Below are positions 13,133 to 23,246 of a stretch of DNA of 64,000 bases, piece after piece (the stretch's first letter is position 1; each line of letters starts with the position of its first letter). This DNA comes from an uncultured Pelagibacteraceae bacterium. GTDB lineage: Bacteria; Pseudomonadota; Alphaproteobacteria; Pelagibacterales; Pelagibacteraceae. The notes under the pieces were generated by a model, which did no database searches, was not told the DNA's origin, and saw only the letters and a list, made by a program, of their open reading frames with translations. A program made the position numbers and the translations under genes. Where the stretch lies: positions 20,350-84,349 of the forward strand of contig CACJQE010000004.1 of NCBI GenBank assembly GCA_902595465.1, read 5' to 3'.

Positions 13133-13371
13133 TGATTAAAAAAGGTGTTAAAGTAAAAATATTGACCGGTAAGGATAAAAATAAAGATGGTGATGTCATT
13201 GAAATTGATAGAAAAAATAATAGAGCAAAAGTTAAAGGCATTAACATGGTAAAAAAACATGTGAAAACTACAAAAGAAAAGAAAGGTGGAATAGTTTCAA
13301 AGGAAAACTTTATACATCTCTCAAATTTAGCAATCTTTGATACCAAAAATAAAAGCGAGGCTAAAAAATAA
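13132..13371 (+). CDS. rplX: 50S ribosomal protein L24 (short, 79 aa)
   Basis: KOW motif [25 protein letters not shown]. Confidence 0.97.
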   Translation: MIKKGVKVKILTGKDKNKDGDVIEIDRKNNRAKVKGINMVKKHVKTTKEKKGGIVSKENFIHLSNLAIFDTKNKSEAKK

Positions 13372-13925
13372 TGATACCTAGATTAAAGCTTACCATAACA
13401 AAAGATATTGAGCCAACATTAAAAGAAAAGTTTGGATATAAAAATTTATATATGGGTCCAAGAATACAAAAAATTGTTTTAAATATGGGTTTAGGTCTTG
13501 ATGGAAATGATCAAAAAATTCTAAAATCGTGCCAAGAAGATCTGGCAAATATCACTGGTCAAATGCCTGTAGTAACTAAATTCAAAAAATCTATTGCAAA
13601 TTTTAAAACCAGAAAAAGTACTAATTCAGGTTTGAAGGTAACATTAAGAAAAAATAAAATGTATGAATTTATTGATAGATTAACAAATATAGCATTACCA
13701 AGAATAAAAGATTTTAGGGGATTAAGTCCCAACGGTTTTGATAAATTTGGAAATTACACTTTTGGCGTTAAAGAACATATCATATTTCCAGAGGTAAATT
13801 TTGATAAAGTAGACAAAATTAGAGGTTTAGACATTACAATAGTTATTAAATCTCAAAAAGCAGAACACAGTTTTGAATTATTAAAACATTTAAATTTTCC
13901 ATTTAGAGAAAAAAGGAGCAATTAA
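13371..13925 (+). CDS. rplE: 50S ribosomal protein L5
   Basis: [25 protein letters not shown]. Confidence 0.99.
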   Translation: MIPRLKLTITKDIEPTLKEKFGYKNLYMGPRIQKIVLNMGLGLDGNDQKILKSCQEDLANITGQMPVVTKFKKSIANFKTRKSTNSGLKVTLRKNKMYEFIDRLTNIALPRIKDFRGLSPNGFDKFGNYTFGVKEHIIFPEVNFDKVDKIRGLDITIVIKSQKAEHSFELLKHLNFPFREKRSN

Positions 13926-14230
13926 TGGCTAAAATGAGTGCAATAAATAAAAATAACAAAAGAATAAAATTGTCAGACAAGTTTTATAAGAAAAGATTGA
14001 AGCTAAAAAAAATAATAATGGACAAAAAATTATCTTTAGAAGAAAGATTTAAAGCTCAGCAAAAATTGTCAAAATTACCACGAAATTCTGCAAAAGTTAG
14101 AGTAATGAATAGGTGTCAAATTACAGGTAGACCACACGGTGTTTACAGAAAATTAAAAATTTCAAGAATAGCTCTTCGACAACTTGGTTTAGAGGGTAAA
14201 ATTCCTGGAATGGTAAAATCTAGTTGGTAG
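13925..14230 (+). CDS. rpsN: 30S ribosomal protein S14 (long, Zn-independent form)
   Basis: [20 protein letters not shown]; 101 aa with only one Cys. Confidence 0.99.
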   Translation: MAKMSAINKNNKRIKLSDKFYKKRLKLKKIIMDKKLSLEERFKAQQKLSKLPRNSAKVRVMNRCQITGRPHGVYRKLKISRIALRQLGLEGKIPGMVKSSW

Positions 14231-14240
14231 AAAGGAAAAT

Positions 14241-14633
14241 ATGAGTTTAAGTGATCCAATTGGTGATATGTTAGCAAGAATAAAAAATGCTCAAGTGAGA
14301 AATCACAGTAAAGTCTCATTACCATCATCAAAATTTAAGGCTAAGATTGCTGATGTGCTAAAGTCTGAAGGTTATATAATAGACTACAAAATCAATGATG
14401 ACAAAAAGCCTTCAATTGAAATTAATTTAAAATATAACTCAGGAAATCCAGTTATAAATACTATTGAAAGAATTTCCAAACCAGGGAGGAGAATTTTTTC
14501 TAGCGCGAGTAGTCTGCCAAAAATAAATAATGGTCTTGGTATTGCAATTGTATCTACGCCACAAGGTGTGATGACAGATGTTGATGCAAGAAAGAAAAAA
14601 CTTGGTGGTGAAATTATTTGTAAGGTGTTTTAA
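14241..14633 (+). CDS. rpsH: 30S ribosomal protein S8
   Basis: DPIGDMLARIKNA, SKPGRR, STPQGVMT. Confidence 0.99.
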   Translation: MSLSDPIGDMLARIKNAQVRNHSKVSLPSSKFKAKIADVLKSEGYIIDYKINDDKKPSIEINLKYNSGNPVINTIERISKPGRRIFSSASSLPKINNGLGIAIVSTPQGVMTDVDARKKKLGGEIICKVF

Positions 14634-15172
14634 TGTCTAAAATAGGAAAAATAAACATACCAATTCCAGATAAAGTAAAAGTTTTATTATCTGGCAATAC
14701 AATTAATGTTGAGGGGCCGTTAGGCAAACAGGCAATCAAATTAGATTTAGAGATGTTTGAACTTAATATTACAGAAGGTAAAGACGTATCAATAAAACCA
14801 AAGAAACTTGACGATACATCTAAAAGATTATGGGGCATGAATAGAAGTTTAATTAATAATGCCATTATTGGTGCAAGTAGTGGTTATGAGAAAATACTTG
14901 AACTTACAGGTGTGGGTTTCAGAGCTGCACTAAAAGGGAATATTTTAAATATGCAGCTAGGATTTAGTCATGATATTAATTACAATATTCCAGAGGGTAT
15001 TAAAATAGCTGTCGAAAAACAAACAACATTAAAAATAAGTGGATCAAATAAACAGCAAGTTGGTATGGTTGCTTCACAAATTAAAAGCATTAGACCACCT
15101 GAACCTTATAAAGGAAAAGGAATAAAGGAAAAAGGACAATATATTTTAAGAAAAGAGGGTAAGAAAAAATAA
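14633..15172 (+). CDS. rplF: 50S ribosomal protein L6
   Basis: [22 protein letters not shown]. Confidence 0.99.
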   Translation: MSKIGKINIPIPDKVKVLLSGNTINVEGPLGKQAIKLDLEMFELNITEGKDVSIKPKKLDDTSKRLWGMNRSLINNAIIGASSGYEKILELTGVGFRAALKGNILNMQLGFSHDINYNIPEGIKIAVEKQTTLKISGSNKQQVGMVASQIKSIRPPEPYKGKGIKEKGQYILRKEGKKK

Positions 15173-15522
15173 TGAGACTAAGTACAATCGATAGAAAAAG
15201 ATTTAGAGTAAGAAAAAAACTTAAAAATGTTTCTAAAGATAGATATAGATTAAGTGTTTCTAGATCTGCAAAAAATATAAGTGCACAAATAATAGATGAT
15301 GTAAAAAATATTACATTAGTCTCTGCATCTTCGATAGACAAGGAAATTAAAAATCAAAAAAAAAACAAATCAGAATTATCAACTATTGTTGCTGAGGCAC
15401 TAGCAAAGAAAGCAAATGATAAAAATATTAAAAAAATTTATTTTGATAGAGGTGTTTATAAATATCATGGAAGAGTTAAAATTTTTGCTGAAACACTTAG
15501 AAAAAATGGTATGGAATTTTAA
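15172..15522 (+). CDS. rplR: 50S ribosomal protein L18
   Basis: [19 protein letters not shown]. Confidence 0.98.
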   Translation: MRLSTIDRKRFRVRKKLKNVSKDRYRLSVSRSAKNISAQIIDDVKNITLVSASSIDKEIKNQKKNKSELSTIVAEALAKKANDKNIKKIYFDRGVYKYHGRVKIFAETLRKNGMEF

Positions 15523-15525
15523 AAT

Positions 15526-16026
15526 ATGGAAAAAAATACAGAGTTTATTGAAAAATTAGTTCACATAAATAGGATAACCAAAGTTGTTAAAGGTGGAAGA
15601 AGATTTGGTTTTTCTGCCTTAGTCGTCGTTGGTAATCAGAATGGAAAAATTGGTATTGCTCATGCGAAAGCAAAACAAGTTCCCGACGCAATAAAAAAGG
15701 CAAATGAATTAGCTAGACGGAAATTAATACAAATACCTTTAAGAGATGGACGAACCATTCATCATGACATATATGGTAAAGATGGTGCTGGAAAAATTAA
15801 GTTAAGATCTGCGCCTAAAGGAACAGGTATAATAGCGGGTGGACCAGTTAGAGCTGTATGTGAAGTACTTGGTATAAAAGATATAGTAGCCAAATCTTTA
15901 GGTACTGCAAATCCACATAATGTAATTAGAGCATGTATAAAAGCTTTATCAAAACAAAATTCACCAAAAAATATTTCTAATTTAAGAAATAAAAAAATAT
16001 CAGAGATTATTGAGAAAAGAGGATAA
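15526..16026 (+). CDS. rpsE: 30S ribosomal protein S5
   Basis: INRITKVVKGGRRF, GTGIIAGG. Confidence 0.99.
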   Translation: MEKNTEFIEKLVHINRITKVVKGGRRFGFSALVVVGNQNGKIGIAHAKAKQVPDAIKKANELARRKLIQIPLRDGRTIHHDIYGKDGAGKIKLRSAPKGTGIIAGGPVRAVCEVLGIKDIVAKSLGTANPHNVIRACIKALSKQNSPKNISNLRNKKISEIIEKRG

Positions 16027-16487
16027 TGACATCTTTAAATACATTAACTAATCTTAAAACAAAAAAAATTCGTGTAGGAAGAGGAATAGGGTCCGGCAAA
16101 GGTAAAACTTCTGGCAGAGGTGTAAAAGGTCAAAAATCAAGATCTGGAGTAGCTATTAAAAGTTTTGAAGGTGGTCAAATGCCTTTGTATAGAAGGCTAC
16201 CTAAAAGAGGTTTCAATCCTGTCAGCAAAAATGTTGTAGCAGTGATAAACTTAGGTGATTTACAAAATCTTATTGATAATAAAAAAATTAAAGCTGATGA
16301 GAAAATAAACATTAATACATTAAAAAAATCTAAATTATTCAGAAAATCAATTAATAAATTTAAGGTTTTATCAAAAGGTAATTTTAATTCGAAAATTGAT
16401 ATTGAAGCAGATTATTCTTCTAAAACTGCTAAAGAGAAAATTGAAAAAGCTGGTGGACAAATTACTGTTAAAAATCAATCTAAATAA
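16026..16487 (+). CDS. rplO: 50S ribosomal protein L15
   Basis: RVGRGIGSGKGKT, FEGGQMPLYRRLPKRGF. Confidence 0.99.
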   Translation: MTSLNTLTNLKTKKIRVGRGIGSGKGKTSGRGVKGQKSRSGVAIKSFEGGQMPLYRRLPKRGFNPVSKNVVAVINLGDLQNLIDNKKIKADEKININTLKKSKLFRKSINKFKVLSKGNFNSKIDIEADYSSKTAKEKIEKAGGQITVKNQSK

Positions 16488-17767
16488 TGAGTGCCTCAAC
16501 ACAATCTAGCGATCTAAGAAATAGAATATTATTTACACTTTTTATTCTTGCTGTTTATAGACTAGGTACTTTTGTTCCTCTTCCAGGGATTGATCCGGAT
16601 CAACTTCAGGTGATGATGGAAGGTAATCAAAAAGGTTTGTTAGGTATGTTTAACGTTTTTGCCGGCGGTGCTGTAAGCAGAATGGCAATATTTGCTCTAG
16701 GAATAATGCCATACATATCATCTTCAATTATTGTCCAGTTACTAACAGGTGTTTCAGAATATTTTAAAAATCTAAAAGCTCAAGGTGAAATGGGAAGACA
16801 AAAAATTACTCAAATAACAAGATATGGAACTGTTTTATTAGCAACTATACAAGGATATGGATTGGCAGTCGGATTAGAATCTTCAGCAGATTTAGTTATT
16901 AATCCTGGAATATTTTTTAAAATTTCAACAGTTACAACTATTGTAGCTGGAACTATATTTTTAATGTGGCTTGGAGAGCAAATTACACAAAGAGGAATTG
17001 GTAATGGTATTTCATTAATTATTTTTTCAGGTATTGTTGCCGAAATTCCAAGAGCTTTAGTAACAACTTTTGAATTAGGAAGAACCGGTGCAATTTCAAC
17101 TGTAATGATAATCTTTATATTTATATTACTTGTTGCAACTATAATGTTTATTGTTTTTATGGAGAGAGCATTAAGGAAAATTCTTATAAATTATCCAAAG
17201 AGACAAATGGGTAATAAAATGTATGGAGGGGACTCTTCACATCTGCCATTAAAAATTAATTCAGCAGGTGTAATACCTGCAATTTTTGCTTCCGCTTTAT
17301 TACTATTACCAGTCACATTTTCAAATTTTAATGTTTCACAAAATGAAACATTTTTAAATATTTCATCATATTTTTCTCAAGGGCAACCTTTGTACATGTT
17401 GTTATATGCATCAGGAATAATATTTTTTACTTTTTTTTATACTTCAATAACCTTTAATCCGACTGAAACAGCGGAGAATTTAAGAAAATATGGTGGGTTT
17501 GTTCCAGGTATAAGACCAGGAGAAAGTACTGCACTTTATATTGATACAATATTGACAAGACTAACAACAATAGGTGCACTATATCTTGCACTAGTTTGTT
17601 TGATGCCAGAATTTCTCATCGCTAATTATCCGATACCTTTTTATTTAGGTGGTGCTTCTGTTCTAATCGTCGTTGTTGTTGCAATTGACACTGTCACACA
17701 AATCCAAACAAGGATGATGAGCTCTCAATATGAACAACTTATAAAAAAAACAAAATTTGGTAGATAA
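16487..17767 (+). CDS. secY: Preprotein translocase subunit SecY
   Basis: IFALGIMPYISSSII, GIGNGISL, PGIRPG; multiple TM segments. Confidence 0.99.
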   Translation: MSASTQSSDLRNRILFTLFILAVYRLGTFVPLPGIDPDQLQVMMEGNQKGLLGMFNVFAGGAVSRMAIFALGIMPYISSSIIVQLLTGVSEYFKNLKAQGEMGRQKITQITRYGTVLLATIQGYGLAVGLESSADLVINPGIFFKISTVTTIVAGTIFLMWLGEQITQRGIGNGISLIIFSGIVAEIPRALVTTFELGRTGAISTVMIIFIFILLVATIMFIVFMERALRKILINYPKRQMGNKMYGGDSSHLPLKINSAGVIPAIFASALLLLPVTFSNFNVSQNETFLNISSYFSQGQPLYMLLYASGIIFFTFFYTSITFNPTETAENLRKYGGFVPGIRPGESTALYIDTILTRLTTIGALYLALVCLMPEFLIANYPIPFYLGGASVLIVVVVAIDTVTQIQTRMMSSQYEQLIKKTKFGR

Positions 17768-18331
17768 GTGAATATAATATTGTTTGGTCCTCCAGGAGCT
17801 GGGAAAGGTACTCAAGCTAAATATCTTGTTAAAAAATTAAATGGGTATCAAATTTCCACTGGAGATATTTTAAGAGAGGAAATTAAAAAAGACACAGATA
17901 TAGGAAAAAAAATAATAAATAACATGAATGAAGGAAAATTTGTCAGTGATGAGATTGTTAACAGTTTATTAAAAAATCATGTTTTTGATCCAAATAAAAA
18001 AGAAAAATTAATATTTGATGGCTATCCTAGATCTATTAGTCAGGCTAAAAATTTAGATATATTATTAAATAGTTCAAATCAAAAAATAGATTATATTTTT
18101 TTTTTAAATGTAAACAAAGCAACTATTGTGGAAAGAATAAAAAAAAGGAAAATTTTAGAAAAAAGAACTGATGACGATGTAGACACAATATTAAAAAGAT
18201 ATGATACTTATATTGAAACTACTAGACCAGTATTGGATTACTATTCAAAAAATTCAAATTTTCATGAGATTGATGGAACAATGGAAATTGATCAAATAAC
18301 CAATAAAATAGAGGCTTTTTTGAATGTTTAA
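17768..18331 (+). CDS. adk: Adenylate kinase (short-LID form), GTG start
   Basis: GPPGAGKGTQ P-loop, STGDILR, FDGYPR. Confidence 0.98.
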   Translation: MNIILFGPPGAGKGTQAKYLVKKLNGYQISTGDILREEIKKDTDIGKKIINNMNEGKFVSDEIVNSLLKNHVFDPNKKEKLIFDGYPRSISQAKNLDILLNSSNQKIDYIFFLNVNKATIVERIKKRKILEKRTDDDVDTILKRYDTYIETTRPVLDYYSKNSNFHEIDGTMEIDQITNKIEAFLNV

Positions 18332-18335
18332 GGCG

Positions 18336-18363
18336 TTGACTTTAACTAATCTTCTTATATAAA
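18336..18363 (+). promoter_or_regulatory. Putative sigma70 promoter of the rpsM-rpsK-rpoA-rplQ operon
   Basis: TTGACT (18336-18341), 16 nt, TATAAA (18358-18363). Confidence 0.55.
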
Positions 18364-18386
18364 AGTCACAATTTATCACAAAAATT

Positions 18387-18770
18387 ATGGCTCGTATTGC
18401 AGGTGTAAACATACCACAAAATAAATTAGTTCATGTTGGACTTACATACATTTATGGTATTGGAAATAAATTTTCTCAACAAATTTGCACTGAATTAGAA
18501 ATACCAAAATCAAAGAGAGTAAATGAATTAACTGATGATCAAATTTTAAAAATTAGAGAGTATATTGATCAAAAATTTACAGTTGAAGGTGATTTAAGAA
18601 GAGAAACATCTTTAAGTATAAAAAGACTAATTGATCTTGCAACTTATAGAGGATCTAGGCATAGAAAAAAACTTCCTGTTAGAGGTCAAAGAACGAGATG
18701 TAATTCTAGAACTAGAAAAGGAAAAGCAATTGCAATTGCAGGTAAGAAATTAACTCCACTTAAAAAATAA
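18387..18770 (+). CDS. rpsM: 30S ribosomal protein S13
   Basis: [18 protein letters not shown]. Confidence 0.99.
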   Translation: MARIAGVNIPQNKLVHVGLTYIYGIGNKFSQQICTELEIPKSKRVNELTDDQILKIREYIDQKFTVEGDLRRETSLSIKRLIDLATYRGSRHRKKLPVRGQRTRCNSRTRKGKAIAIAGKKLTPLKK

Positions 18771-19207
18771 TGAAAAAAGATACAACTGAAAATAAAGAAC
18801 AGAAAACAGAAACTAAATCTAAAAAAAGTTCATATTCAAAGAAAAAAAAAGGTAAAAAAAATATTTTAAATGGAATAGCTTATGTTCAGTCTACATTTAA
18901 CAATACCATTGTATCTATAGCTGATACTAATGGAAATGTAGTTTCATGGGCATCTGCTGGCCAAAAAGGTTTTAAAGGCTCTCGTAAGTCTACACCATAC
19001 GCAGCACAAGTTGCAGCTGATGCAGCCGCAGCCAAAGCTTTAGAAGTTGGTATGAAAATTTTGTCTGTTGAAGTTAAAGGTCCTGGATCAGGAAGAGAAA
19101 CTGCCTTGAGAGCTTTACAGGCTAGAGGATTTAAAATTATATCAATTAAAGATACAACACCAATGCCACATAATGGTACGAGACCACCTAAAAAAAGGAG
19201 AGTTTAA
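18770..19207 (+). CDS. rpsK: 30S ribosomal protein S11
   Basis: [28 protein letters not shown]. Confidence 0.99.
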   Translation: MKKDTTENKEQKTETKSKKSSYSKKKKGKKNILNGIAYVQSTFNNTIVSIADTNGNVVSWASAGQKGFKGSRKSTPYAAQVAADAAAAKALEVGMKILSVEVKGPGSGRETALRALQARGFKIISIKDTTPMPHNGTRPPKKRRV

Positions 19208-20235
19208 TGGAGCAAACAGAGGTAAATTCAAAAAATTGGAAATCATTAATTAAACCAGCAAAACTAGATGTTAAATTGAGTGACGATAAAGCATTTGCAA
19301 AGATCACAGCTGAACCACTAGAAAAAGGATATGGGTTAACCCTTGGTAATTCATTAAGAAGAATACTTTTGTCCTCTATTAGAGGAACTGCTGTAACCTC
19401 TATTCAGATCGATGGTGTACTACATGAATTTACATCGATTAAAGGTGTCAGGGAAGATGTCACTGATATTGTATTAAATGTAAAATCTTTAGCTTTGAAA
19501 AGTACATCTGATGAACCAAAAAAATTGATACTTGATGCCAAAGGTCCTGGAGAAATAAAGGCATCCGATATAACTCCTGTTGCTGATATTGAAATATTAA
19601 ATCCAGATTTAGTTATTTGTAACTTGGATGAAAATACTAAATTTCATATGGAAATGTCGGTAGGAACTGGAAAAGGATATGTATCTGCTGACATGAACAA
19701 ACCAGAGGAACCACCACTTGGTTTAATTCCAATAGATTCATTATTTAGTCCAGTAAAAAAAGTTTCTTATTCAGTTAGTACTGCAAGAGAAGGAAAAGCC
19801 TTAGATTATGATAAATTAACAATGGAAGTTGAAACAAATGGATCAATCTCAGCGGAAGATGCTGTTGCATATTCTGCAAGAATTTTCCAAGATCAACTAG
19901 GAATGTTTGTTAACTTTGATGAACCACAAGAAGTTATCGTAAAAGAGCAACCTTCAGAGCCAGAATTTAATAAGAATTTGTTAAGAAAAGTCGATGAGTT
20001 AGAGCTTTCTGTAAGATCAATGAACTGCCTAAAAAATGATAATATTATCTATATTGGTGATTTAGTACAAAAATCAGAAGGTGAAATGTTAAGAACACCT
20101 AATTTTGGTAGAAAATCATTAAATGAAATTAAAGAAGTATTAACTGGAATGTCATTATATCTTGGAATGGAAATTCCAAATTGGCCGCCAGATAATATTG
20201 CTGAATTATCTAAAAAACTAGAGGAAGCTATCTAA
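19207..20235 (+). CDS. rpoA: RNA polymerase alpha subunit
   Basis: [38 protein letters not shown]. Confidence 0.99.
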   Translation: MEQTEVNSKNWKSLIKPAKLDVKLSDDKAFAKITAEPLEKGYGLTLGNSLRRILLSSIRGTAVTSIQIDGVLHEFTSIKGVREDVTDIVLNVKSLALKSTSDEPKKLILDAKGPGEIKASDITPVADIEILNPDLVICNLDENTKFHMEMSVGTGKGYVSADMNKPEEPPLGLIPIDSLFSPVKKVSYSVSTAREGKALDYDKLTMEVETNGSISAEDAVAYSARIFQDQLGMFVNFDEPQEVIVKEQPSEPEFNKNLLRKVDELELSVRSMNCLKNDNIIYIGDLVQKSEGEMLRTPNFGRKSLNEIKEVLTGMSLYLGMEIPNWPPDNIAELSKKLEEAI

Positions 20236-20678
20236 TGAGACATAAAATGGGCTATAAAAAGCTCAATAGAACTTCAGAACACAGAAAGGCTCTGATTAAA
20301 AATATGCTCAACTCATTAATAAAATATGAGCAAATCAAAACAACATTGCCCAAAGCAAAGGTTTTAAAACCACAAGCTGATAAAATTATAACACTGGGCA
20401 AGACAGACACCTTATCTAATACAAAAACATTAATCTCGAAGTTACAAGACATTAAATCTACAAATAAAGTTAAAAAAACCCTTTCTAAAAGATATGAAAA
20501 TAGAAAAGGTGGATACACAAGAATTATAAAGGCTGGATTTAGATATGGCGATAATGCGCCAATGGCAGTAATTGAATTTGTAGACAGAGATGTTGAAGCA
20601 AAAAGAGTTGATAAAAAGAAAAAGAGTCCGACTAAAGATACACCAAAAGTAGAAGATAAAAAACAAGCTACAGCTTAA
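20235..20678 (+). CDS. rplQ: 50S ribosomal protein L17
   Basis: [26 protein letters not shown]. Confidence 0.99.
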   Translation: MRHKMGYKKLNRTSEHRKALIKNMLNSLIKYEQIKTTLPKAKVLKPQADKIITLGKTDTLSNTKTLISKLQDIKSTNKVKKTLSKRYENRKGGYTRIIKAGFRYGDNAPMAVIEFVDRDVEAKRVDKKKKSPTKDTPKVEDKKQATA

Positions 20679-20743
20679 TCTTTAATTCATATTTTATTTA
20701 ATTGATGTTGTAAAACAATTACCTAATATTTTATATTAATGAA

Positions 20744-21661
20744 ATGAAAAATATAATTTTTCAAATAATTATAATATTTTTTTTTACAACTAATATTTTA
20801 AATGCAAATCCAGCAAAAATTGATGGTTTAAAATTTTATACATTAGGTGACGATAATATGCCTTGGTTTAATTTAGATAATGAAAAAGATTTAATAGACT
20901 TATCAAATATTGACTGTCAATGGAGTCATGGAAAAAAAACCAAATGTAGAATGCATTTATCACCCTTATATAACTTTCCTAAAGATGGATTATTAATTCA
21001 AAATAAAATTGTTAGATCTGGCAAATTTGCTTGGAAATTTAAAAATGGTGAAGGTGATTGTGGTCAACAAAGAAAGTCAGATGAGTGCAATACCTTTAGA
21101 GAAAGATCAGAAGTTAGCATGCTAGGATTGAAGACTAAAAATACATGGTTTAAATTTAGTATTTATATCCCTGAAAATAGTGAATTTACTATTCCTATTA
21201 GTAATACTATATGGCAAATACATTCTAAAGCAGGTCCAGTAAATTTTATGATTAGAGTTGCTCCAAATGGAGATTTGCAATGGACGGATTTTGTAAATCA
21301 TAGTTTTGGAGGTTTTGACACTTATAAAATTTTAGAAGCAAATAATGTAAAAGGTAAATGGAATGATTTTATTATTAATATGGAATTTGTTGATTGGCCT
21401 AATAAGAGTTTTATTAAGATTTGGGCTAATGACAAACTTGTAGTTAATTATACCGGATTGACTAATAATAATATAAGCAAACAGCCGTATATGAAGTTTG
21501 GAATATACAAAAGTAATATTAATAGGTTTAATATAATGCATAAAGGCAATCCTCCAAAAAGAGCTGATACAGTTGTATATTATGATTCTATAGCTATAGG
21601 TAAAAAGTGCAAAGATCTTAAGCTAGGCAAGGAAAACAATAGTTGCAATAAGTTAAAATAA
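20744..21661 (+). CDS. Secreted polysaccharide-lyase-like protein (Polysacc_lyase / heparin lyase I-like beta-jelly roll)
   Basis: N-terminal signal peptide; motif order RERSE, WFKFSIYIP, WQIH, GKWNDFII, IKIWAND, PYMKFGIYK, VYYDSI typical of this fold. Confidence 0.72.
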   Translation: MKNIIFQIIIIFFFTTNILNANPAKIDGLKFYTLGDDNMPWFNLDNEKDLIDLSNIDCQWSHGKKTKCRMHLSPLYNFPKDGLLIQNKIVRSGKFAWKFKNGEGDCGQQRKSDECNTFRERSEVSMLGLKTKNTWFKFSIYIPENSEFTIPISNTIWQIHSKAGPVNFMIRVAPNGDLQWTDFVNHSFGGFDTYKILEANNVKGKWNDFIINMEFVDWPNKSFIKIWANDKLVVNYTGLTNNNISKQPYMKFGIYKSNINRFNIMHKGNPPKRADTVVYYDSIAIGKKCKDLKLGKENNSCNKLK

Positions 21662-21663
21662 AA

Positions 21664-22572
21664 ATGAAAAAATCAATTAACGTAGATAAATCTTTTAATC
21701 ACATGCGTATTGACAGATTCATTCGAAATCATTTAGGAAAAATTCCACAAGGACTTATTGAAAAAAATCTAAGAAATGGAAAACTAAAATTAAATCAAAA
21801 AAAAGTAAAAAGCTCTCAAAAAGTTAAAACTGGTGACAAACTTAATATTTATAATTTAAATTTTGAGGAAAAAATCGAGCAATATAAAAAAAAATACAAT
21901 CCTAGTAATGAAATTATAAAAGAAAATGAGGATTTAATTATAGAAAATAATGACAATTTTGTTGTTCTAAATAAACAATCAGGAATTTCAGTGCAGGGCG
22001 GAACAAAATCTAAAAAAAATATAATTGATATATTTGCAAAAAGTAATTTATTTAGAGATGAGAAGCCTTACTCTGTACACAGATTAGATAAGGATACTTC
22101 TGGCGTTTTTATAATTGCAAAGAATAGGGAAACAGCCCAACTGCTCACTTCACTTTTTAGATTAAGAAAGGTTTATAAAACATATTTAGCAATATGCAAT
22201 GGTGAATTAATTTTAATCGATAAAGGTGTGATAAAAGATGATTTGATAAGATTTGAAAATAAAAAAAAAATTGTTGAAAAAGCTGAAACAAAATATGAAA
22301 TTATAGATAAAAATAATAATGCGACCTTCATTCAGCTAAATCCAATTACAGGAAGAAAACACCAACTAAGAAAACAATTATTTAATTTAGGAAATTCAAT
22401 TATTGGTGATAAAAAATATAATTCAACAAATAACTCAAAAATAAATAATAAAAATTTAATGTTACATTCTTATGAAATAAAATTTAAAATAAATAAGAAA
22501 AAATACACTTTTAGAGCCACTCCTCCAGATTATTTTAGAAATATGTTGAAAACTAAAAGACTTAATTTTTAA
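21664..22572 (+). CDS. rluC: RluA/RluC-family 23S rRNA pseudouridine synthase
   Basis: S4-like N-terminus (RIDRFI), HRLDKDTSG catalytic motif, TGRKHQLR. Confidence 0.92.
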   Translation: MKKSINVDKSFNHMRIDRFIRNHLGKIPQGLIEKNLRNGKLKLNQKKVKSSQKVKTGDKLNIYNLNFEEKIEQYKKKYNPSNEIIKENEDLIIENNDNFVVLNKQSGISVQGGTKSKKNIIDIFAKSNLFRDEKPYSVHRLDKDTSGVFIIAKNRETAQLLTSLFRLRKVYKTYLAICNGELILIDKGVIKDDLIRFENKKKIVEKAETKYEIIDKNNNATFIQLNPITGRKHQLRKQLFNLGNSIIGDKKYNSTNNSKINNKNLMLHSYEIKFKINKKKYTFRATPPDYFRNMLKTKRLNF

Positions 22573-23185
22573 TATTTGATAAAAAATTTTTTATTAAATC
22601 ATTCTCAATATTTTTATAATTTTGTTTTTTAATCTTATTTAAATTTGAAACCCCTCTATCTTTTATTCCACAAGGAACTATCTTTTTATATACATCAAGA
22701 TCATTAGAGATATTTAATGCAAAACCGTGATAAGCAATCCATTTCTTTACTTTTATGCCTATTGCTGCAATTTTATCTATTTTACCAGATTTGTGCTCAA
22801 ACCAAATTCCAATATTTTTTCTATCAGCAAAACATTTTATATCATAATTTTTTAGAGTATTTATAATTGTCTTTTCAATTGCAGTTATAATTTTTTTTAT
22901 ATTCTTGCCTCTTTTATTTAAGTCGATTACAAAATAAAAAACCAATTGACCAGGACCGTGATATGTTATTTTTCCACCTCTATTAGTTTTAATAAATTTT
23001 ATAGATTTATCTAAAATCTCATTTTCACTAAAACTTGTTCCACCAGTATAAATCTCTTCATGTTCAAGTATCCAAATAAGTTCTTGATTTTTATTTACTT
23101 TGATTTGCTCCAATCTATCTTCAAGTATATCTATCGCAGATTTATATTTTATTGGTTTTACTGACTTTTTGATCTCTATTGTCAT
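22562..23185 (-). CDS. lipB: Lipoyl(octanoyl) transferase
   Basis: [41 protein letters not shown]. Confidence 0.97.
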   Translation of the reverse strand: MTIEIKKSVKPIKYKSAIDILEDRLEQIKVNKNQELIWILEHEEIYTGGTSFSENEILDKSIKFIKTNRGGKITYHGPGQLVFYFVIDLNKRGKNIKKIITAIEKTIINTLKNYDIKCFADRKNIGIWFEHKSGKIDKIAAIGIKVKKWIAYHGFALNISNDLDVYKKIVPCGIKDRGVSNLNKIKKQNYKNIENDLIKNFLSNIKN

Positions 23186-23246
23186 TATAAATTTGTATTA
23201 TTTTTATTTTGTATTAATAGTGCCAACTAAATTATAGGTAAATTTT

